A stretch of DNA of 58,995 bases from a virus (taxonomy: Duplodnaviria > Caudoviricetes). Below are positions 55,091 to 58,995 of this stretch, piece by piece. The stretch spans positions 1 through 58,995 of IMG/VR virus record IMGVR_UViG_3300025536_000017. One strand, written 5' to 3'. The notes beneath the pieces are model-generated. The model was given only the letters and a program-made list of their open reading frames with translations, did no database searches and was not told the origin of the DNA. Numbering within the stretch: the stretch's first letter is position 1; the number at the start of each line of letters is the position of its first letter. The position numbers were made by a program, and so were the translations under genes.

Positions 55091-56021
55091 TGATCCACGT
55101 CGCTCCATTGTGCATACGGTAGGTGACTTTGTAAGCGGATTCGTCGGCATCGATCTGCTCACCAGGAATCAGAGCTGAAATGAAAAGGTGGTCATTGCAA
55201 GCCTCCTTCTGCTCATCTCTTGATATAGGCTTGCTGTGTTTATCGCAGACCCACTCGCCGCCACCGTTTTTTGTCGGCCTCGACCACATGCACGTTCTGC
55301 AATTGCGCTCAGGCATGCCGTTGTTGTGGCATATATCCTTGTGCTTGCACCAGCCGCAGACAAACGCCATCTTGCTGTTGACGTTCTCATGCAGCTTTGC
55401 CGGCGGATGCTCGGCGAATATGATTCGCTCAGCTTTGACGATTAGGCTTATAGAAAATGTCATGTCGTATTGGATGCGAGAGCAATCAATTTCATCGTCG
55501 TTTTTGTTGTGCATCATATAATAACCGCGATCCATGCCGAATAGGTGCATTCCTATTTGGATCTGACCGAAATGTTTTGGCTGTGCAATCTGAACGCCGT
55601 GTTTCTTGACGGCTCTAAAATTCTTTTCGTTGTGCGTCTTACACTCAACGATATGCGGCTTGTTCGGCGCTTCAGGCAATCCCTGCACAACACCGTCGAG
55701 GCGACACACGAAATGGCCTTCGACTTCGGTTTCCTCGAATTGCTTGCCGTTGTCGTCTTTAGTCCAGACATTCATTCCGGCATTGCGTAGATCATCCATC
55801 ATGCGATCTTCCTCGCGATCGCCCGTCTTGAATAATCGAAGCTTGCGGCCGTCAAAAACCTCCGGCGGCGAAACCCATCGAAAATCATAATAGAGTTTGC
55901 GCCAGCAATCCTCTGCGATCGTAGATGCGCCAAGCCGAACCGTGAAAGATGGTCGACGCGATTTCTCGTATGTTCGATAGATCGCCTTGATTGATTGTGG
56001 CGTTAGATCAATTGGAGCCAT
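55077..56021 (-). CDS. Cas4-like PD-(D/E)XK exonuclease
   Basis: LGAS.I..C.RKLYY.FRW, LDG, ECKT, Q.Q..M, CGWC.....C, CRTC. Confidence 0.82.
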   Translation of the reverse strand: MAPIDLTPQSIKAIYRTYEKSRRPSFTVRLGASTIAEDCWRKLYYDFRWVSPPEVFDGRKLRLFKTGDREEDRMMDDLRNAGMNVWTKDDNGKQFEETEVEGHFVCRLDGVVQGLPEAPNKPHIVECKTHNEKNFRAVKKHGVQIAQPKHFGQIQIGMHLFGMDRGYYMMHNKNDDEIDCSRIQYDMTFSISLIVKAERIIFAEHPPAKLHENVNSKMAFVCGWCKHKDICHNNGMPERNCRTCMWSRPTKNGGGEWVCDKHSKPISRDEQKEACNDHLFISALIPGEQIDADESAYKVTYRMHNGATWINERR

Positions 56022-56068
56022 GTCATGTCCTATCGCTGATCTGCCACGGCTTTGTCGGCTCGATCATT

Positions 56069-56599
56069 TCACGCTCCTGAGTAGTTGTCCTCAACCGCAT
56101 CATCGCTGATATGCGTCTGCTGCGCTGGCGCGTCGGCGGAGAGTTCTGAGAGCGAGTCATAGATCGTTCGTGTCGCAATTACGCGGTTGCCTTCACCAAG
56201 CTGAGTCCCGGCTCGCCGCAGCGCCTCTTTCGCTCTGTCGTTCTCGCGCAGCAGCGCATTCCTGTGGACGTTAATCCCAGCAAGAACCTTCTCCAACCTC
56301 TCCACCTCCGCCCCATAGAACGCGACGACTTCCTTCACGCTCGGGAAGCCGCTTGTCCGACCAGTTTCTGCGAAGATCGCCTTTGCGGCGCGCTGGTCTG
56401 CGGCGAAGCGATCGTCGAGGGCCTTTTGCAGCGTCGCGACGCGGCCTTGGAGGCGGGTGAGTTCGGTGGATTGGGATTCGAGAGCGTCGGCAAGAGACAG
56501 AATAAAGTCATAGTCGAACACGCTCATGTAGACGCTTTTGCCATAGTTTTGGTCTATATGCGCCGCATCGCGCAGTCGCTTCACAAGATTGTCACTCAC
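56069..56599 (-). CDS. Hypothetical coiled-coil protein
   Basis: AGGAG RBS, GTG start; SDNLVKRLR...ADALE. Confidence 0.6.
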   Translation of the reverse strand: MSDNLVKRLRDAAHIDQNYGKSVYMSVFDYDFILSLADALESQSTELTRLQGRVATLQKALDDRFAADQRAAKAIFAETGRTSGFPSVKEVVAFYGAEVERLEKVLAGINVHRNALLRENDRAKEALRRAGTQLGEGNRVIATRTIYDSLSELSADAPAQQTHISDDAVEDNYSGA

Positions 56600-56804
56600 T
56601 ATCGTTCTCCTTCTTGCTGTCGGCGAGAGGCAACAACTCGACACCAATGATTTCTCGCCCACCGAATTGAGGCTTGTTTGCTCGCATAAAAGCTTCTAAC
56701 TCGGCGGCCTCAATATCGAATGTCTGAAGCCCTTGTTCGACAGGAGCGTTAACGTGCGCGGCGGCGCTTGCATCAAATGTTCGGACAATTACGCGCAGCG
56801 TCAT
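56592..56804 (-). CDS. Hypothetical protein
   Basis: GGGGAG RBS; coupled ORF. Confidence 0.55.
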   Translation of the reverse strand: MTLRVIVRTFDASAAAHVNAPVEQGLQTFDIEAAELEAFMRANKPQFGGREIIGVELLPLADSKKENDSE

Positions 56805-57109
56805 CACTCCCCCTCCACAATATCCTTCAACGCGGCGATGATGGCGGCGCATGCAAGTTTCCCATGAACGCGCGATGCGTGCGCACATTGCTTTGGTTTA
56901 TTTCCTAAGCTATCCATGCAAATCATCGCACAGCGTCCTTCTCCGGTTTCGAATTTTCCGCTTTGACAAATCGAAAACGCCGCCTTCTCCACCGCGCTCT
57001 CAGGCAAGTCGCTCGCCAGCGCGAGGATGACGCGGCGGGCGCGAAGTTCTGGACTACAAGCGAAATCGTTCTTCTCCGCCGCTTTGATGCAGACTTCAGG
57101 AATGCTCAT
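56804..57109 (-). CDS. Hypothetical protein
   Basis: GAGGA RBS; ICQSGKFETGEGRCAMICMD motif. Confidence 0.55.
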   Translation of the reverse strand: MSIPEVCIKAAEKNDFACSPELRARRVILALASDLPESAVEKAAFSICQSGKFETGEGRCAMICMDSLGNKPKQCAHASRVHGKLACAAIIAALKDIVEGE

Positions 57110-57297
57110 TGCCGATTCCTCTGTTCCCATGCCCGCCGCCCGAGCGCCTCGTAAAACCCTGGAGACCAGCTCGGCTTGTCGTGATCCCACTTCGCGCGCA
57201 CCGGCCTGTATCCTGCGGGCGTCGTGTTGTAGAGCGCCGTGCCGACGCTCGTAAGCGCACGACCGATAGTCAGGAGAAGCTGCGCAAGGTAGAGCAT
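57106..57297 (-). CDS. Hypothetical protein
   Basis: Coupled ORF in operon orientation. Confidence 0.45.
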   Translation of the reverse strand: MLYLAQLLLTIGRALTSVGTALYNTTPAGYRPVRAKWDHDKPSWSPGFYEALGRRAWEQRNRQ

Positions 57298-57305
57298 CTA
57301 ACTGC

Positions 57306-58073
57306 CTAAATCTTCCGCTCCATCGATCGTACTACGCCAGCCGGCAATTCACCATGCTCTTTGCGATATTCACGCGCAAGCGTGCAAAGCAGATCATCGA
57401 TTCGTGACGGCAAAAGCCCACCATTAGCGTTGCAGAGGACGCCAATAGCGAGCATCCAATCTTCAACGTGGAGAACCTCCACATTCCGCAAGCCAGTGTT
57501 GCGACCTCCGCCAGAAACCTTCACATTGGCCGCGGCCTCGGCAGCCTTCTCTTGCTCGCGGAACTTCTCAAACTCAGCGAAAGCCGTATCGGCATTGCGC
57601 GTAGCTGCGCCAACATTGGTAAACTCACCATCAGAAGCGCCAGCAATGGCTTGTTGTTCAGCCAGTTCAGCAGCACGCGCCGCAGCTTCGGCTTTCTCGC
57701 TCGCTATTCTGGCAAGCTCTAATTTATACAATCGATCATGTTCTTCTTTTACCAAGAACGCCTGTAATCGCTCCTTAATGCGATCGATAAGTTTTTCGAG
57801 AGGCGTTCGCGCCGCCTTGAACTCGTCATTTGTCTTCTTGACGATATCATTCCACGGCCCGACCGCCGCCTTGCGCTCATCCTCTGCGGCCTTGATGATA
57901 TCCTTCGCAGCATCAAGATATTGCTTCGCCGATTCTGCGGCGTCTTTATTCTCAATGACGGGATACATGTTTAGAAAATCAGTAAGAGCGTCAAACGCCT
58001 CACGACATTCGTTGAGCGAATTGTAATTAGATTCAACTGGTGGTTTGTTGTCACCAATCTGCGCGTCGGTCAT
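57306..58073 (-). CDS. Conserved coiled-coil protein of phage replication/recombination modules
   Basis: IGDN.PP start, K..EDERK....P......N..FK pattern; AAGGA RBS. Confidence 0.65.
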   Translation of the reverse strand: MTDAQIGDNKPPVESNYNSLNECREAFDALTDFLNMYPVIENKDAAESAKQYLDAAKDIIKAAEDERKAAVGPWNDIVKKTNDEFKAARTPLEKLIDRIKERLQAFLVKEEHDRLYKLELARIASEKAEAAARAAELAEQQAIAGASDGEFTNVGAATRNADTAFAEFEKFREQEKAAEAAANVKVSGGGRNTGLRNVEVLHVEDWMLAIGVLCNANGGLLPSRIDDLLCTLAREYRKEHGELPAGVVRSMERKI

Positions 58074-58106
58074 TGCGCCAATCCTTTCGCGATTATGCTG
58101 GGAAAT

Positions 58107-58136
58107 GGCTAGAGCGCCTTCGACCTCGCTCTAGCC
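58107..58136 (-). terminator. Strong hairpin (possible terminator or processing site)
   Basis: GGCTAGAGCG-10 nt-CGCTCTAGCC; only a short U tract. Confidence 0.4.
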
Positions 58137-58337
58137 GCCAGTTGCCGTCTCTCCGCGCTGTCACGTCAGCGGCCGTCCCAGGGTTTCGCCTGCACGACGG
58201 TCTGTTACTCGCTAGTCTCTTTGGTCGACGTTCACCTAGTCATTCCACCTAGCGCCATGGCCCCGTCCTCTCGACCCCTTGCTAAGACGGGAATTGGAGC
58301 GGAGCCTTGCGGCAACGGGCCTCCCAAGAAGCTCACA

Positions 58338-58985
58338 TCAGGCGCTGCGCTGCGCTCCCCACGGACGCGACTTGCCGGCAAATGTGCCGGCAGGGCCGCT
58401 TGCGGCGGCGCGCTGCGATAGTGGGCGCTCGTCCTGCGGAGCGCCACGAACGGCGCTCTGCGCCCCGCCGTTGAATGTGCTGCGCGCCGTCGAACGGTCT
58501 GGCTGTTGCTCGACCTGCTTCATTTCCGTCTGTCCGCCGTTCTTTTCGTCAAATTCAGCGACAGATAGATAGGCGAGCTTACCTGGAATATTGTTCTGAT
58601 CGAAGCCCATTTTCTTCTCGCCAGTTCTGGCGTCAGTATATTCTGATCCAGGCTGCACGGTGACATGCGCATAGAACGGAATGCCGATAATCTGATCAAC
58701 ATCTTCGTATTGAGGATATCCGCAGGCGCGACCCAACGCGCGGAGATCGGCTAGGGCAAATTCGCGGACATTCGGTTTTTCATGTGCGAAGTTGTAGTTG
58801 ATGCTCAATTCGCAGCCTTCATACTCGCCAGCGGCAACCTGATAATCAACTTTCATGAAATCGTTGCCAGCTTTCGACTGCTTGATTTCAGAACTCACGA
58901 CGACGAGCAAATACCAATCGTCGGGAATAGCCCCGCCCTTGTCGTTTGCCGCGCTCGTATCGAGCACAAATCCAAATCCAGCCAT
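58338..58985 (-). CDS. DUF669 single-stranded DNA-binding protein
   Basis: IPDDWY...SEIKQSKAG....V.Y.V..GEY.G, L..L..ACG, N.I; flexible tail ending RPW. Confidence 0.8.
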   Translation of the reverse strand: MAGFGFVLDTSAANDKGGAIPDDWYLLVVVSSEIKQSKAGNDFMKVDYQVAAGEYEGCELSINYNFAHEKPNVREFALADLRALGRACGYPQYEDVDQIIGIPFYAHVTVQPGSEYTDARTGEKKMGFDQNNIPGKLAYLSVAEFDEKNGGQTEMKQVEQQPDRSTARSTFNGGAQSAVRGAPQDERPLSQRAAASGPAGTFAGKSRPWGAQRSA

Positions 58986-58995
58986 AACAGTTCTC

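Noticed and set aside
55077-56021. Cas4 as evidence of a CRISPR-Cas system
   Set aside because: No array or other cas genes; solo Cas4-like nucleases are routine in phage recombination modules
1-58995. Integrase, attachment site or host flanking genes (prophage boundary)
   Set aside because: None recognised; the whole window looks phage-derived, so lifestyle cannot be determined here

Overview
About 59 kb of a tailed dsDNA phage genome, most likely a podovirus with a Bcep22/Lessievirus-like morphogenesis module that infects an Alphaproteobacterium (inferred from a GcrA homologue and RcGTA-like head-spike genes). Leftward late arm (40.2 kb to 1): TerS, TerL, portal, scaffold, CsrA-like protein, N4-gp56-type major capsid, adaptors, tail fibre and Gly-rich adhesin, two Calx-beta proteins, tail protein, ejection proteins, a 4521-aa DarB-like methylase/helicase with an intein, lysis cassette and head-spike genes. 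An AT-rich divergent region (40.3-40.8 kb) is followed by a rightward arm of small genes plus ThyX, NUMOD4-HNH, a ParB/DGQHR-like protein and a 3'-5' exonuclease. A leftward replication arm (59.0 to 48.7 kb) holds DUF669 SSB, a Cas4-like nuclease, GcrA, an intein-containing SF2 helicase and a prim-pol. Most notable unexplained signals: (1) a divergent CsrA-like gene directly followed by two covarying RNA hairpins with UGCAC (not GGA) loops, coupled to a stem hiding the capsid gene Shine-Dalgarno; (2) a dispersed 14-bp palindrome TCAGA-N4-TCTGA in promoter spacers and gene leaders across all three arms; (3) a head-spike fibre gene split at a -1 slippery site. No integrase, cI-type repressor, tRNA or CRISPR array was recognised. 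All assignments come from motif recognition by eye; no searches were run.
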